Shown here in pieces: positions 46,521-60,960 of a stretch of DNA of 64,000 bases (the first letter of the stretch is position 1; every line of letters begins with the position of its first letter). The notes under the pieces are model-generated. The model was given only the letters and a program-made list of their open reading frames with translations, made no database searches and was not told the origin of the DNA. This DNA is from the human T2T-CHM13v2.0 reference genome, Homo sapiens, in NCBI RefSeq assembly GCF_009914755.1, contig NC_060925.1. One strand, written 5' to 3'. A program made the position numbers and the translations under genes.

Positions 46521-49500
46521 GAAAAAATTACTAATTGCTAACATAGGCCTCAGATATTGTATACATCTTGGCCTCTGAAGGGCAGAGAGTAGGCATGGAG
46601 AGGACACAGCCAAGATCCTGCTTTTGCTTTGAGACTTACTACTGGTGTCCCAGTAAAATGATGAGCATGCAGCAAACACTTGATAGATCTTATTGCTGAT
46701 TGTTGTAACTGCCACATTCCCTTAAGTATAGTTCTATTGAAGACATATTCAGTCAGTGAGTCAGAAATTATCTATGAAACATTTACTGTGTGCCAGACAT
46801 TCTCCTAGGTGCTAGGAACACAATGGTCAACAAAATACCCAGTCATGGTCCTTGCCTTCATAGAGGGTATGATCTAGTGTAGGAGACCAATATTTATCAA
46901 AAGATTTCATAAATAAGTGTAAAATCACATCTGATAGAAGTGCCATAAAAACAGGTGTATGGTGCAAGATCAAGGAAGACTTCCCTAAAGAAGGGACGAT
47001 TGAACTAAAATCTGAAAAATGAGGGAAGCAGGAGAGGACTAACCATCAGGCTGCAGAAATGGACTTCTACAAAGTCCCTAGGCAGAGAGGAACTTGGTGA
47101 GAATGACAGCCAAAAGAAGACCAGTGTACTGGAAAGGAGTGAGCCAAAGAGAACCCAGTGCAAGTTGAGGCTGGGGAGGAGGAAGGGCCAGAGACTACAG
47201 GCCCTTGGAAATCATCAGGTTTGATCCCCTAGGTTGTATGTGGACACCTGGCCCAGCCTTACCATGGTCCATCCATTCATCCAGACATCCAGCTCTTCAT
47301 CCATCTACCCATCTGTCTGTACATCCACTCACTCAGTCATCAAACCCTGACCGATCACCCTCCATCTGCTAGAGACACAGGTAAATAAGACCACCTAATC
47401 CACCTAATCTGTACCTTTATAGAGCTCACTGCCACCCCCACTAGGTGTTTAAGTCTTTACTGTCTTCACCAAGTAATGAGATTCCAAAGATCTCTCTAGT
47501 TTTAACACCAAAAGATAATATCCCATGAACTTTACCCTTAATCCACCCCCACTCCCCAATAACGTTTGTTTGAAAATGCATCTTTTCGTCACAGAAAATA
47601 CTTGGTGCTAGAATGGAAATGAGCCAACACAACCGCTATCGTAAAACTCTATTATCTTCACCAAACAATGAGATCTCTAAAGGCCTCTCTAGTTTTAACA
47701 TCCAAAATAATTTGGAAATGAATTAAATTGAGTTGATTAGAGTTATGGGGGGGAAAAATGGCAGATAGGAGGGAGGACTAACTTGCAGCTCCCACTTGGA
47801 TGAACAGAACAGCATATAGAGACTCACATCATGAACCTTTGCTCCAAGAACTACCACAGGAACATACCAGGAAAACTGAAACAATTCACAGACCCTTTCA
47901 AAGAAGCAGCTTGCTTCTGCAAACATCATGAGATAGCCAAAAAACTGTGAATGCCCAAAGTGTGAGAGGGGGAAAGTCTGCCTCCAAACACACATCCTCA
48001 CTGGGGAACCTGAAAATCCAGATCACAGGAGAAGGATTTAACCTTTCCTAGAGGTAAAATGAATTTAGAGAGCTGAGAAACATATAAAAGTAGAAGAAGC
48101 AGCAGGAAGAGCCCTGTAAGCACTCTCAGTCCCCAGGGAAGCCATTTCTGACTTTATCTCACAGGGGTCCTTGGGGAGGGCAGCCAGGGGTATTGGGGAA
48201 GGACCACAGGGAGAAGGAAACTTCCAGCTGAACTTTGTAATAATTTCAACCAAGTGTAAATTGTCCAGGGCAGAATGGGGATGGGGGAATGGCAAACAGG
48301 AAGTGCAAACAAGAGCACAGAAGCCACCACCGTGGGGTAGTGGCAGGGCCTGAAAGCTCTGCTTGCTTTCTCCTCAGGGAGGCTTATAGCCTGGGGCAAG
48401 ATCTCATCCCTGCTTACCGGCTGCCTAAATATAAACTCAGTGCTGTTGGTGGGGCACAGTGAAAGTGAGACTGGCCTTGCTGGCTGTGTGGGAGCTGGGT
48501 GAGGCACCCACTGCCAGCTTTACCCCCACTTCCCTGGCAACCTGTATGATGCAGCAGAGGCAACCACAATCCCTCTGGGAACATAACTCCTTTGGCCTGA
48601 GAACCACACCCTCCATCCCCGACAGCAAGCCCCATCCGAGGAGAGTCTGAGCTCAGACACACCTAACCCTGCCCCCACCTTATGGTCTTTCTCTACATGC
48701 CCTGGTAGCCAAAGACAAAAGACATAATCTCTTGGAAGCTCTAAGGCCTCACCCATCACCTGAGAAACCTGAATATTTATCCAGAAGACCTTAGGACAAG
48801 TTTGTTTCCCCCCTATACTACCGCAGCTGATGCATTCCTGAAGGTGCCACCTCCTGGCTGGAGGTCAACCAGCTCAAGCCATTACAACAACTCATAAAAG
48901 AACAATGCTGCTCTAAGAAAGGAGAAAACAACAGCTAATTCTATCATCTGTAACATCCTGGCTAACCAGAGGTCCTGAGTCTGTCCACATGACAACTTCA
49001 CTGCTACCATAACCAGCATTTGAGAAAACGAGTGCAGTAAACAAACCTATAACCAAGGACCCTCACAGAGTCCATTTCACTCCCCTACTACCTCCACTGG
49101 AGCAGTTACTGGTATCCATGGCTGAGAGACCTGAAGGTCGATCACATCACAGGATTCTTTGTAGACACTCCCCAGTACAAGCCTGAAGCCCTGGTGGCTC
49201 CACTGGGTGGCTGGACCCAGAAGAGCAATAATAGTCACTGCAGTCCAGCTCTCAGGAAGCCCCATCTCTAGTGGAAGGAGGAGAGCACCACATCAAGAGA
49301 ACACCACATGAGACAAAAGAATCTGAACAGTAGCCCTTGAGCCCCAGATCCTTCCTCCAACATAGTCTAGCCAAATGAGAAGGAACCAGAAAAACAATTC
49401 TGGCAGCATGACAAAGCAAGGTTCTTTAACACCCCCAAAAGATCACATTAGTTCACCAGCAATGAATCCAAACCAAGAAGAAATCTCTGAATTGCCAGAA

Positions 49501-49751
49501 AAATAATTCAGAAGATCAATTATTAAGCAACTCAAGGAAGCACCAGAGAAAGGTGAAAATCAACTTAAAGAAATTTGAGAAATAATACAGGATATGAACA
49601 AAACAAACTCCAGAAAAATAGATAGCATCAACAACAAAAAAATCACAACTTCTGGAAATGAAAGACACACTTAGGGAAATACAAAATACACTGGAAAGTT
49701 TCAACAAAATCAAACAAGTAGAAGAAAGAACTTAAGAGCTCAAAGACAAGG

Positions 49752-50124
49752 TGTGAGAATTAACAATAGTAATGCCATTTTTCCACCTTGATGATTGTGT
49801 TTTCTACCTTGGTGACAGTGTTTCCAGAAACAAAGCAAATGTCAACCTCACCGGTACCTTTAACGGAGCATAACAATCCTGACCACAACAAAGACTGACT
49901 GGCCCTTACCACATCCTTTCCCAGCCCCTTACAGTTCCAACCTTCCAGCACTTCCCCAACCCCTCTCTTGTAGAAACTTTATTATAAAAACCTCAGCTTT
50001 AAGCTATCAGGGTCTCCACCAGATTCCTGACGGAAACCCCTTGCAGGCTTATTCCTGTGAATAAACCTGTTTGGCCATTGAGATGCTTTCTCTCCATTGC
50101 TCTCTTGTTTTTATTTTCCTAACA
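49752..50124 (+). mobile_element. Solo ERV LTR (373 bp, family not recognised) inserted in L1 ORF1
   Basis: TG...CA ends; 5-bp TSD caagg/ccagg (1 mismatch); TATA-like ttataaaa ~49982; AATAAA 50060; L1 ORF1 sequence continues across it. Confidence 0.8.
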
Positions 50125-50572
50125 CCAGGTTTTCAAATTAACCCAATCCAACAAAGACAAAGAAAAAAAGAATTTTTGAAAGATGAACAAAGCCTCCAAG
50201 AAATTTAGAATTATGTTAAATGACCAAACCTGAGAATAATCGGTGTTCCTGAGAAAGAAGAGAAATCTAAAAGTTTGGAAAACTTTTAGATGTGGGCATG
50301 GATGTGGTGCGAAGGGAACACTTTTACACTGCTTGTGGGAATGTAAACTAGTACAACCACTATTGAAAACAGTAGGGAGATTCCTTAAAGAACTAAAAGT
50401 AGATCTACCATTTGATCCAGCAATCCCACTCCTGAGTATCTACCCAGAGGAAAAGAAGTCATTATGTGAAAAATACTTGCACGCATATGTTTATAGCAGC
50501 ACAGTTCACAATTGTGAAAACATGGAACCAGCCCAAATGCCCATCAGTCAACAAGTGGATAAGGAAAATATG

Positions 50573-50576
<4 letters not shown>

Positions 50577-50619
<43 letters not shown>
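50577..50619. repeat. (TA)~21 microsatellite
   Basis: Uninterrupted AT dinucleotide run. Confidence 0.97.
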
Positions 50620-50629
<10 letters not shown>

Positions 50630-50999
50630 AATATATATATATACTATGGAATAATACTTAGCCATAAAACGGTCTAAAATAATGGCATTTGCAGCAACCT
50701 GGATGGAATTGGAAACCATTATTGTAAGTGAAGTAACTCAGGAATGGAAAACCAAACATTGTATGTTTTCACTTATAAGTAGGAGCTAAGGTACGAGGAG
50801 GCAAAGGCATAAGAATGATACAATGGACTTTGGGGACTTGAGGGGAAGGATGGGAGGGGGTGAGGGATAGAAAATTACACATTGGATACAGTGTACACTG
50901 CTCTGGTGATGGGTACACCAAACTCTCAGAAATCACCACTAAAGAACATGTCCATGTAACCAAACCTGTTCCCCAAAAACCTACTGAAATATAAAAAAA

Positions 51000-51514
51000 T
51001 GAGTTGATTAGCAGAACAATTATTTTGTAGTAACCATCCACAAATTGTTGTCCAACTTCAGGAGAATGCTGTGCCCAGTGTCAGCCAGGCCATGGAGAAG
51101 GAAATAACCTTGCCAGGAGAAAGGAGTAGCCTGTGAATCTACTCAGGATATGGCCAGACCCGCCCATGCAGCCTCTAGTGAACAAAGCTCACCCTTAATC
51201 CACCCCACTCCGCAGTCATACATATTTGAAAATGCATTTTTGGTCACAGGAGTACTTGGTGCTAGAATAGGAATGAGCCAGCACAACTGCTATCAGAAAA
51301 CTCTCAGATACTATGGATGATGATGCCACATCATGCTGTCCCTGAGGTTGCCTAGGCAGGTCTGGCCATGTCCTGGGTAGAGTCCCAGGCTACTTCTTTC
51401 TCCTGGCAAGAGCACTGGGCTTGCTGACACTGAGCACACCATTCTCCCTAGGGTGGACTCTGATGTTGTGGATGCACGAGAGAATTGTTCTACTAATCAA
51501 TTCAACTTAATTCA
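51000..51514. repeat. Long imperfect inverted repeat (arms ~51000-51188 and ~51335-51514)
   Basis: e.g. cttgccaggagaaaggagtagcctg...tggccagacc vs ggtctggcca...caggctacttctttctcctggcaag. Confidence 0.9.
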
Positions 51515-52809
51515 ATCTCAACTTGTCTCAGCTCAAGTTAGCTTTGTTCAGCTCATCGGGATTCTGCTCAACTCAACTTTACTCAGCATAATTCATCTGA
51601 TGCATGCATCTAGGCTTCCCATAAAGCATTTCTTAAGTACTTACCTGTCAAAGTCTGCATTGAGTCTGGGAATCCAGCTGGGGTTGCTTCCACCAACCAA
51701 TCCACCTCCCTGTTCTAATCTAAATGGTATCTGTGTATTGTGGAGAGAACACTGGACCTACAGCAGGACTGCCCTATGTTCTCAACTTAGCCCTGCCATT
51801 TACTTACTGCCTTAGGCAATTTTCTTAACCTTTCTGAGCCACAATTTTCTCATCGGTAATGCAGGAATAAAAATAATACCTAATTTGTGGAGGGTTTGTC
51901 AGAATTAAATTCATAGAAGGCACTCACAAATGGTATCCATTAAATCCTCCCTCTATGGACCTATAGGAAAGACTAAGCAGAAAAAAGAAAATGACCCAAA
52001 GCTCATCTGAACACCTGGAGAACAGGACAACTCACTAGAAAGTTGTTTACTAGTGAACTATGGTGTGGTCCCATCCCCACCGCCATAGTGCAGTCCCAGG
52101 TCTTGTCTCTGCTGTAGATTCTCCATGTTCCTAAAGGTCTTTTTTGACAACTGCACCGAATTATTTTTGGGAAATTGCCATGACATTTACCCAAGTTACT
52201 TTCTTTGCATCCCTGGGCTCAACCTGACTCTCGATTTCATGTGCTTCAGAATCAGTACCCGTGCATTTGAGTTCATCTTTAGCATTGCACTTGGTGCTAT
52301 GCCAGTTCTTCATCATTAGCCCATTCCCTTACAAACAGGGAGAAGGAATGGAGAACAAAGGGAACAGAAAGAGTGGTGGCAACCTATTCAGCCCAGCAGT
52401 CCAGCAGAAGACTGGCAGAGGCAAAATTAAGGACACCCTGTAGATTGATAGCAGAGGAAAAGGAGACAAAATTTTTAAAATGAGCAGCGGGACATCCAAG
52501 AAAGTGAAGCCACATCAGGGTGGGTTCCCCCAAGCGTAGATGTACGCTCTTGCCTCCACAACATAGACCACCATGTCATTAAACATCACACACCATCAGT
52601 GCCAACTGTGATCTGAAAATGGGTGGGCATCTGAGTCACATGATACCCAGTGTTCTGTATTCTTGGGTCCTTAAACTTAGGAAGGCTTTGCCTTGATCAC
52701 TCGTTGTTCCCCACTTGTTGCTAAAATCAAAACCAGGTTTCTCATCTAAAAGAATGCCTTCAGTTCAGATGCTACAGGCTTATCTCACGTGAATATCCTC
52801 TTCCCTTAG

Positions 52810-52904
52810 GTATTCGATGGTCTCAGATGCAGAAACAGAAAGCATTTTCATGGAACCCATTCACCTCTCCTCAGCCATTGCAGCCAAACAGATCATCAAT
52901 GAAG
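52810..52904 (+). CDS. STYXL2: STYXL2 coding exon 2 (QYSMVSDAETESIFMEPIHLSSAIAAKQIINE)
   Basis: Acceptor cttcccttag, donor GTAATG; 95 nt; CA+G completes Gln across the intron. Confidence 0.94.
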
Positions 52905-55737
52905 GTAATGCAATCAAAAGCTGGGTGGAAGCAAAGTCCAGTGGTCATCTGGAGACCCTTAGAGGGGGGCCATTGGAAGACGTCAATGTGCCTCTCAGGT
53001 GCTGCCCATCACGTTAGGAAGAGCAGATCTGCAGAAGGCAGTTCTGCCAACCCTACCTCCTCAACTTTGATAGGATGGAAGTGGAAATAATTATGCATCA
53101 GTGTGAACAGGGACAACCAGAGAGGCAGCACCAATCTGTCCCTAGGGCCTCCTGCTCAATTTTTGGTTACCTCAGGGGTCCTGAGGTGGCTTATGGCAGA
53201 GGCACAGACCTGAGAGCCCGAGAAATGGCCAGAAGCATCCAGAGGGTTCTCTTCCAAGGGAGTCTAGACTTAGACCTGCACTTCCACCAGTGCTTAAAGA
53301 TGCTTCAAACTGAAGGATGCATGGGGAGGAGGGAAAGGCTTGGGTGGGGAGCACCCAATATTCAATATGTTAATATTTACACAGTAAAATTTTGAAGCAG
53401 ACAACATATAGTTATTTTTCACTCAAAGATACTTATCTGGATTAGATGAATTTTTTTCTAATCAATTTTAAGGAAATAATCTTTTGCAATTTCTTTCTTC
53501 CCCTTTCTTCTCCCTTCTCCCTGGGTAGCCTCACAACTCTGGTGAGATGGGGTGGAGTGGGATAAGGTGCACACTGATGAAGCAGGGCCCAGCTGGCCTT
53601 TGGGCTTAATCTCTCAACCACCGCTGGTGGCCACAATCCTTTCCTTGGTCTTTCATTATTAGAATCGCATGCTACTCTTTGTCCATTCTAACTCTGGTAC
53701 TGGTCCCCTGACCCATTTGGGTCTCCACCAGGGTCTCTAGAGGACATTTGGACCTCTTGCACACTTCACATAGAACCAGAAATTTGACTTGCTGTTGCTC
53801 ACTGTTCTGGGCACTCTAGGAGGCCCCATCTTCTCAAAGACCCATCTGCTTTGGGGGATTTTTTTTCTTTTTCTTCCATACCTGGGGTCTCTGTTGTCTT
53901 GCTCCAAGATATCTTGTCCCAAGATATCTTGCCCACTAACCCAGGCAGTGTCTTCACCCTGGTCCAGTTCTCTCTGAATTGCTCCCAGCACCACTATAGC
54001 TCTAGAAAGTCTTTTCTTCCTCTTTTGTGGTTGGAAATTTCCCTAACCTTCCACTCTGCATCATCTCTGCTTTGTGCTTCATTCTGTGGACCATTCTCCA
54101 TGTTTTGGTTCTTGATAAGTAAAAGTCCAGCTTTAGGAATTGAGGGGAGAAAAAAAATAAAAAACATTTTCTCTCTTTGAAAGCTTCACTTTCAAGTCTA
54201 TAGAATGCTATGGACATTCAGTCTAGTTTGAAGCCAAAAGATGTGCAATGCCTTGTTTTATCCTGGCTCTTTTCTATTCTTCCCTTCTCTGGGGGCATCA
54301 AACCTAAGTTTCATTAGCCTTAGTGGCTGAAGGGCTATAGGGAGAGAAAAAACAATATATGCTCACTAGTGATTACAGGGGTAAAAATGTGTGCTGAAAA
54401 CCTTCCGTTTTAATGAAAGTCTGCATATGCCACACATCCGAGAGTGTAGGGGAGAAATGTGTGGGCTTTACTTTCTGCTGAAGAAATGTCAGGTAATAGA
54501 AAGAAATTGATGCAGGGAGAGAGGCAAGCTCTACAGAGGCTGAAGTGTGAACCAGAGACCTAGTGAAAGCAGGAGTTGCCATCAGGGGTGAAGGGCTGGG
54601 ACATTTGTTTTTAAATTGAAAAGAAAAGAAATGGAAACAACAACCTGCTAGATAAATAGCCGAGGAAGACAACACTGTGTATTTTAATGAGGTGTCAGGA
54701 GTCCCATTTTTTATATGTAGTAAGGGAAAGACATCTAAGTAGACACGGGAAGGGGAGCGGACTGAATTTGCTATGAAAGACCCCAGGAGAGCCAGGGGAG
54801 AAAACTGGGTAGTGGAGAAAATAGGAACACTTCATCTATTTTTAAACAAAATAGAGCTCTGGGATTGCAGGAGTTTTCTTCTTTCTGCGTTTGAAACGGA
54901 GATCAGAGAACGTTTAGAGCTGAGCCCTGATGCAGGGATGTGGGGGTCCCTCAGGGGGGTTAGAGGAGGGAAGAGAGAAGGGAAATGAAATCCTGAGCCC
55001 TAGGCAGAACCCAAGGCTCCCTGGATTTGCAGTCCATGAGCAACAAGCCCTGCTTACAGACCCCTGGGAGGAGCAGATTCCACGAGGGGCTGGACCAAGT
55101 CTACCTTCCAAATGTGGCTGGACTCTCTGCAGCCCCCACCCAGAGACTGCCCATCAGGGAAGAGATGGTGCCATCAAGAGGCTATGGGGAACACAGAGGA
55201 AACATCTTTCCAGCTTCTTTTCTCTCTCTCTCTCTATTCAGTATTTTGGCTACCATGTGAGAGGAACGATTTTGTTCTTTGTTATTTTTGTCTAACTTAA
55301 AGAAAGAAAGCATCTTACATTTCCCCAAATTTGATAAACTGTGAGCAAATATATTATTAGAAGATAAAGATTCACCCCAGATGTGAGTGAATTGGGGTTT
55401 GAGTTCATCTGGAGTTTGAGCTTTTCTGACCTGTTGTCAGAAAGGCCCTGAGTCACGTTTTGAGATTAGAATGAGAGCTCATGGCCAACCTTTGCCACCT
55501 GTCTGTGGGCTGGGAGGCTGAGAATCATAGGTCCTTACATTCTAGTAGGGGGAAGAAGACAATACAAGAAATAAATCAGTAAATTAGGTGTATATTAGAA
55601 GGCAATATTGCATAAATTACTGCTGAAAGTTTTACTTTTCCCAGGGTTATTTGCAATCCATATGTAAAAGAGTCAAACTAACAGAGTGAATTATACTATG
55701 AATGAATGCCATTCACTCATTTGGTAAATACTTCTAC

Positions 55738-56052
<315 letters not shown>

Positions 56053-56407
56053 GTAAACACTTCTGAGCATCCACTTTGTACTGGGCACTGTGGGAGTTAT
56101 TAAGTATGAATCAAAGTACACCTAATACTTAAGGAACTTGGTCTAAAAAATTATCGACCAGCTTCAGAGAAGCATGGGAGGGAGTAAAAGAAATTGGATC
56201 CCCTTTACCCACATCTATACAGTCTTCTTGCTGACCCTGATTACAAGTGTTTGGGCCAGTGCAGCAGGTACCCTGGGCCCAATTAAAGTCCTTCCTGGGA
56301 GATCCTGCTGGCATTCAGTCCATGCCCAGAATCCTGGCAGCAAACTGGCCAAGAGCATGTTCTCCCCAGGAACAAGGAAGGCCATGATGTTCCTAACTCT
56401 CTGATGA

Positions 56408-56662
<255 letters not shown>

Positions 56663-58273
56663 TGAGTCTGACTGCTCTTCATGACCCTTTGTCCTAACCC
56701 TCTGGTTAGTGCCTGAGACAGACGAAACTCCCCCAACTTTCACCAAAGGCGCCCATAGGTCCATCCAGCACAATGAGGCTGCCTAGCCACTTACCCTGCC
56801 CCAGCCCAGAGAAAGGCCCCTCCATCCACCTGCATTCGGAGGTCTCCAGGCAAGATGCCGCCATGACTGCTTATCCTTTGCCCTCTTGCCAGGACTCTCT
56901 TGTCCCTCAAGAAGGCCTCTGGGCCTCCTTTCCTGCCACAGAGTCTTGCCGACTTCACCATCTCATGACATCTGTAGCTACCACAGAACCGGACACTAGG
57001 AGCCATTGACAATAATACTGACATGCATATGTAATTACCAACATTGGAAAATGTTCACAATACAGTAAGAAAGAATTAGATTACAAGAGAAGACATGTAC
57101 AGTGTGCTGCTAATTGAGCAACAGATGTATGTGTATGTGTGTGCATGTTTTTGCATAGACAACAGTTAGGAAATGTGAGAAAATGTGAACAATGTTTCTC
57201 TCTGGGAGGTGTTTTTACAAGCAGTTTTTATTTTCTTCTTTAGATTTCCTTTAACTTGTACAGGTTTCCTAAGGTAGACATTGTTTTTATAATCCAAAAA
57301 CTATTATTTTCTAAAAGTTTATCAGCGGTTTCCAGAACAAAAACAACTCACTCACATCCTATTTCTTTAGGATGCCAGTGCATAATTGCGACCACTTGGT
57401 TAATTAGTGAAACAAATTTTTGCTGACTCATCGAATACTTAATGAGATGTTTTCCCAGTGTAATTATCCAGATATCCAGAAGCAAAGGAGGAAATTTGGC
57501 CTCAGGGGAGGGAATAGGGAAAACAGCTTTGAACAGTGGGTCTTATCTTCACCAAGGAGTAATCAGTTGCCTAGAACTTGATCCTCAGAGCTGGGCACCA
57601 AGTCTTAAGTGATCTTTAAATAGATCTTCAGATACAGAAGCATTCATCTTACGGTCACTAAGAACCCAGGCATCGCCAGGTATCCTCAGCTAAAAGCTTT
57701 TGTTCCTTCTCGGACAACCTGTCCTCAGGGCCTCTTCAAACTAAGCTGCACTTATTCAGCTACAGCAAAAAGAGCTCTGAACTAGAAATCTAAAACACTA
57801 GTTCTTGTTGTCTTTTTCTCCTTTCACAATCTTGGGAAGTTATAAGAGCTCTCAGATTGAGTTTTATAATCTTCAAATGGGAATAAAACTAGAGTTCCTG
57901 TCTACTTCTTAAGTTTATTGTTAGGATAACATAAAATAATGCATGTGAAAGGATTTTGACAATTATAGCATGCCATATTAATGTGGAATACACTTAATTT
58001 TATTATTTGTGCCTACCACTTTTGTGCCTTGATGAATGTCCATTCCCAAGGCATGGGGTTTTAAACTAGAAGTCTCTGGATCATTCAAATGTTTCCTTAC
58101 ACATCATTTTGTTGGCCTCTTCATCTCGCCCTTCCTTGCCTAACTGCATGTCTTTTCTCCCTTTTGCTGAGGCCAAGTCATCAACTCTTTCTATAATGGT
58201 ATTTGCAGTGATCCCCAGACAACCAGGGGCAGAAAAGGAGGCACTTGCCCAGCTGTGGCCCTAGACTGGCTGA

Positions 58274-58642
<369 letters not shown>

Positions 58643-59714
58643 TGATTAGTTGGCGTGTGTGAGGGGTATCTGTCTTAAGAAGGCTGTTTTCTCTAAGAAA
58701 AGGAGAAAAGACAGGATAATCATTCATCCAGTAAGTAATTACTGAGTGCCTAGCAAGTGCCAACTACTATTCTAGGCACTGTGGTGAAAGACACAGGCAA
58801 CGCTTCCAGCCTTTGACTGTTACACTGTAAGAGGGGACAGAAAATGAAAAAAAGAGAAAAAAATGTCAGATGGTGATAAGTGTGAGGCAGAGACTAACTA
58901 GAACAATGTGCTAGAGTGACTGACTAGCTCCTTGGAGAGCATGGGGGAGGAGGCCTTCTGACAATGGGACATTTAAGCCAAGTGACAAAGGGCTAGCCAT
59001 GGGAGAACTGGAAGAAGAGCATTCCTGCAGAAGAGAACTAGTAGTGCAAAGATCCAAAGGTGGAAAGCTTGGTGTGTTCAGGAATCAAAGGCCAGTGTCG
59101 ATGAGCATGGTGGATGAAGGTTGAAGTGGCAGAGGTTCCCCATCAAACAGGAAGCTAAAAGCCAGGGTAAGAAGTTGGAGCGGCACCTTGATCTGATTTA
59201 TGTTTTGGAAAACTCCCTCCCTCCACCTTGGAGAACAGACCGAGTTGGGAAGGTAGAGAGTAGTGCTTTGGGGTTGCTATTGCTATATCCAAGTGAAAGG
59301 TGACATGAGACTAGTCTGCAGAGGTCACAGGCCTCAGGGAGGAGAGGTGGAGCCCAGGCAATGGGGCCGACAGCCTGGCTGGGAAGAGTTGAGGATATGG
59401 TGTCCAGAAACCTGGGTTTGAGTCCAGGATTTGCTACACTGTATATACAATGTGACCTTGGGCCATTTCCTTTAGCCCTAGGAACTGCAGAGAACAAAGA
59501 CAAAAATATCAAATCCTAAAGTTGCTGTGAGGAATAACGTTTTAAAAATGCATATAAAATAACTCCCTTGGGACAACACCTGGCACAATAAATGCTTTAA
59601 AAATTATAGCCATTGCTATAATAATATTGTTAATGATTTCCTGGAAAGGGCATTGCCTGTCACCACCAATGGCCAGGTTGGGTAACTTCTAAGGGAAAAT
59701 ACAAGCACACATAT

Positions 59715-59883
59715 TTTCTTTTTTTTAATTATTTTTACTTTTTATTTTTAGAGACAGGATGCAGCTCTGTTGCCCAGGCTGCTGGAGTGCTCACTATAGC
59801 CTTGACCTCCTGGGCTCAAGCGATCCTCCCACCTCGGCCTCCCAAAGTGCTGAGATTACAGGCGTGAACCACCATGCCTGGCC
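59715..59883 (-). mobile_element. Alu monomer (FRAM/AluJ-type)
   Basis: Partial Alu homology. Confidence 0.75.
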
Positions 59884-59899
59884 AAATACACATATTTTA

Positions 59900-59928
59900 A
59901 ATATGTATATGTATGTGTGCGTGTAAAT

Positions 59929-59974
<46 letters not shown>

Positions 59975-60052
59975 GAGAGAGAGAGTGTATATATACAGAC
60001 ATGTATACACATATACATATATACACACATACACACACTCACATATATATAC
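59900..60052. repeat. Compound (TA)n/(CA)n/(GA)n microsatellite
   Basis: (TA)~17 at 59932-59965 followed by CA, GA and TACA-type units. Confidence 0.93.
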
Positions 60053-60092
60053 AGTTTTCAGTTTTCTCCTTTTTTCAATGCTTAAAAACTCC

Positions 60093-60385
60093 TTTTTTTT
60101 TTTTTAGGCGGAGTCTCGCTCTTGTCGCCCAGTCTAGAGTGCAATGGTGCCATCTACGGCTCACTGCAACCTCTGTCTCCTGGGTTCAAGCGATTCTTCT
60201 GCCTCAGCGTCCCGAGTAGCTGGGATTACAGACTCCCACTACCACGCCCAGCTAATTTTTGTATTTTTAGTAGAGAGGGGATTTCGCCATATTGGCCAGA
60301 GTGGTCTCGAACTCCTAACCTCAGGTGATCCGCCCGCCTCGGCCTCCAAAAGTGCTGGAATTACAATAAGCCACCGCGACCGGCC
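60093..60385 (-). mobile_element. AluSx-type, CpG-rich
   Basis: TSD aaaaactcctt on both sides. Confidence 0.9.
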
Positions 60386-60399
60386 AAAAAACTCCTTCT

Positions 60400-60960
60400 T
60401 TTTAAAATGTAGGACGTTTGACCAACGTGGGATTGAATGGGTCTGTCGGTCGCCTGCGGCGTAAGGAGTGTGTCCCACCTCGCTCGCAGGTCCTGGAGCG
60501 CACCGGCAGACCTCGAGGCGGAGCGGGTACGCTCGCAATAGCTCCAGGCGTGTGGACACGGCCACGAGCCGGCGGTCCCCCGCAGCATCCCAGGGCGGAT
60601 GAGGCAGATCCCAGAATGTGGAACGCATCCCAGAAGCGATAGCCAGCCTTGGAGGGTGGAGGGAGGAAGAACGAGCCCAAACGCGGAGGCGGAGTCGGTG
60701 CCAGGAGCCGCGAGGGCTCAGCAGGAAGTTTCCTGTCGCGGGTGTAACCCAGGCGCTGCCTTCCCTGCAGCATACCCAAGGCGGGCTGGGTCATGCTGGC
60801 CAGGAGCCAGCGCGTCAGCTACCCCGGCCGGAGACCGTAGGTCGGAGCGCTGAGTGTCCAGATCCCTTGCAGGGTCCAGTGCGCCCTGCGGGCATCTCCT
60901 CCCGATTCAGCCTCACTCTCCCTGCCAGGCAGCGAAAGGCCCTTATTGTTGCTGTGCTTG
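60400..60960. promoter_or_regulatory. Orphan CpG island in the STYXL2 intron after coding exon 4
   Basis: ~550 bp, very GC-rich, dozens of intact CpGs, not Alu-like; ETS CAGGAAGT at 60722-60729. Confidence 0.75.

Larger units (their letters stand above)
47741..50999 (+). mobile_element. Internally deleted L1PB/old L1PA (5'UTR + part of ORF1 fused to ORF2 3' end, 3'UTR and A tail)
   Basis: 5' ggggggaaaaatggcagatagg; ORF1 start ccaaatgagaaggaaccag ~49372; jump to ORF2 end ~50285; TSD tgagttgattag 47729-47740/51000-51011. Confidence 0.88.

Noticed and set aside
50243-50677. 144-aa ORF with [16 protein letters not shown]
   Set aside because: L1 ORF2 C-terminal relic running into (TA)n; not a host gene
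51495-51590. Degenerate (YTCAA)n pentamer run
   Set aside because: Abuts an L2-like 3' end and is best explained as a decayed simple repeat
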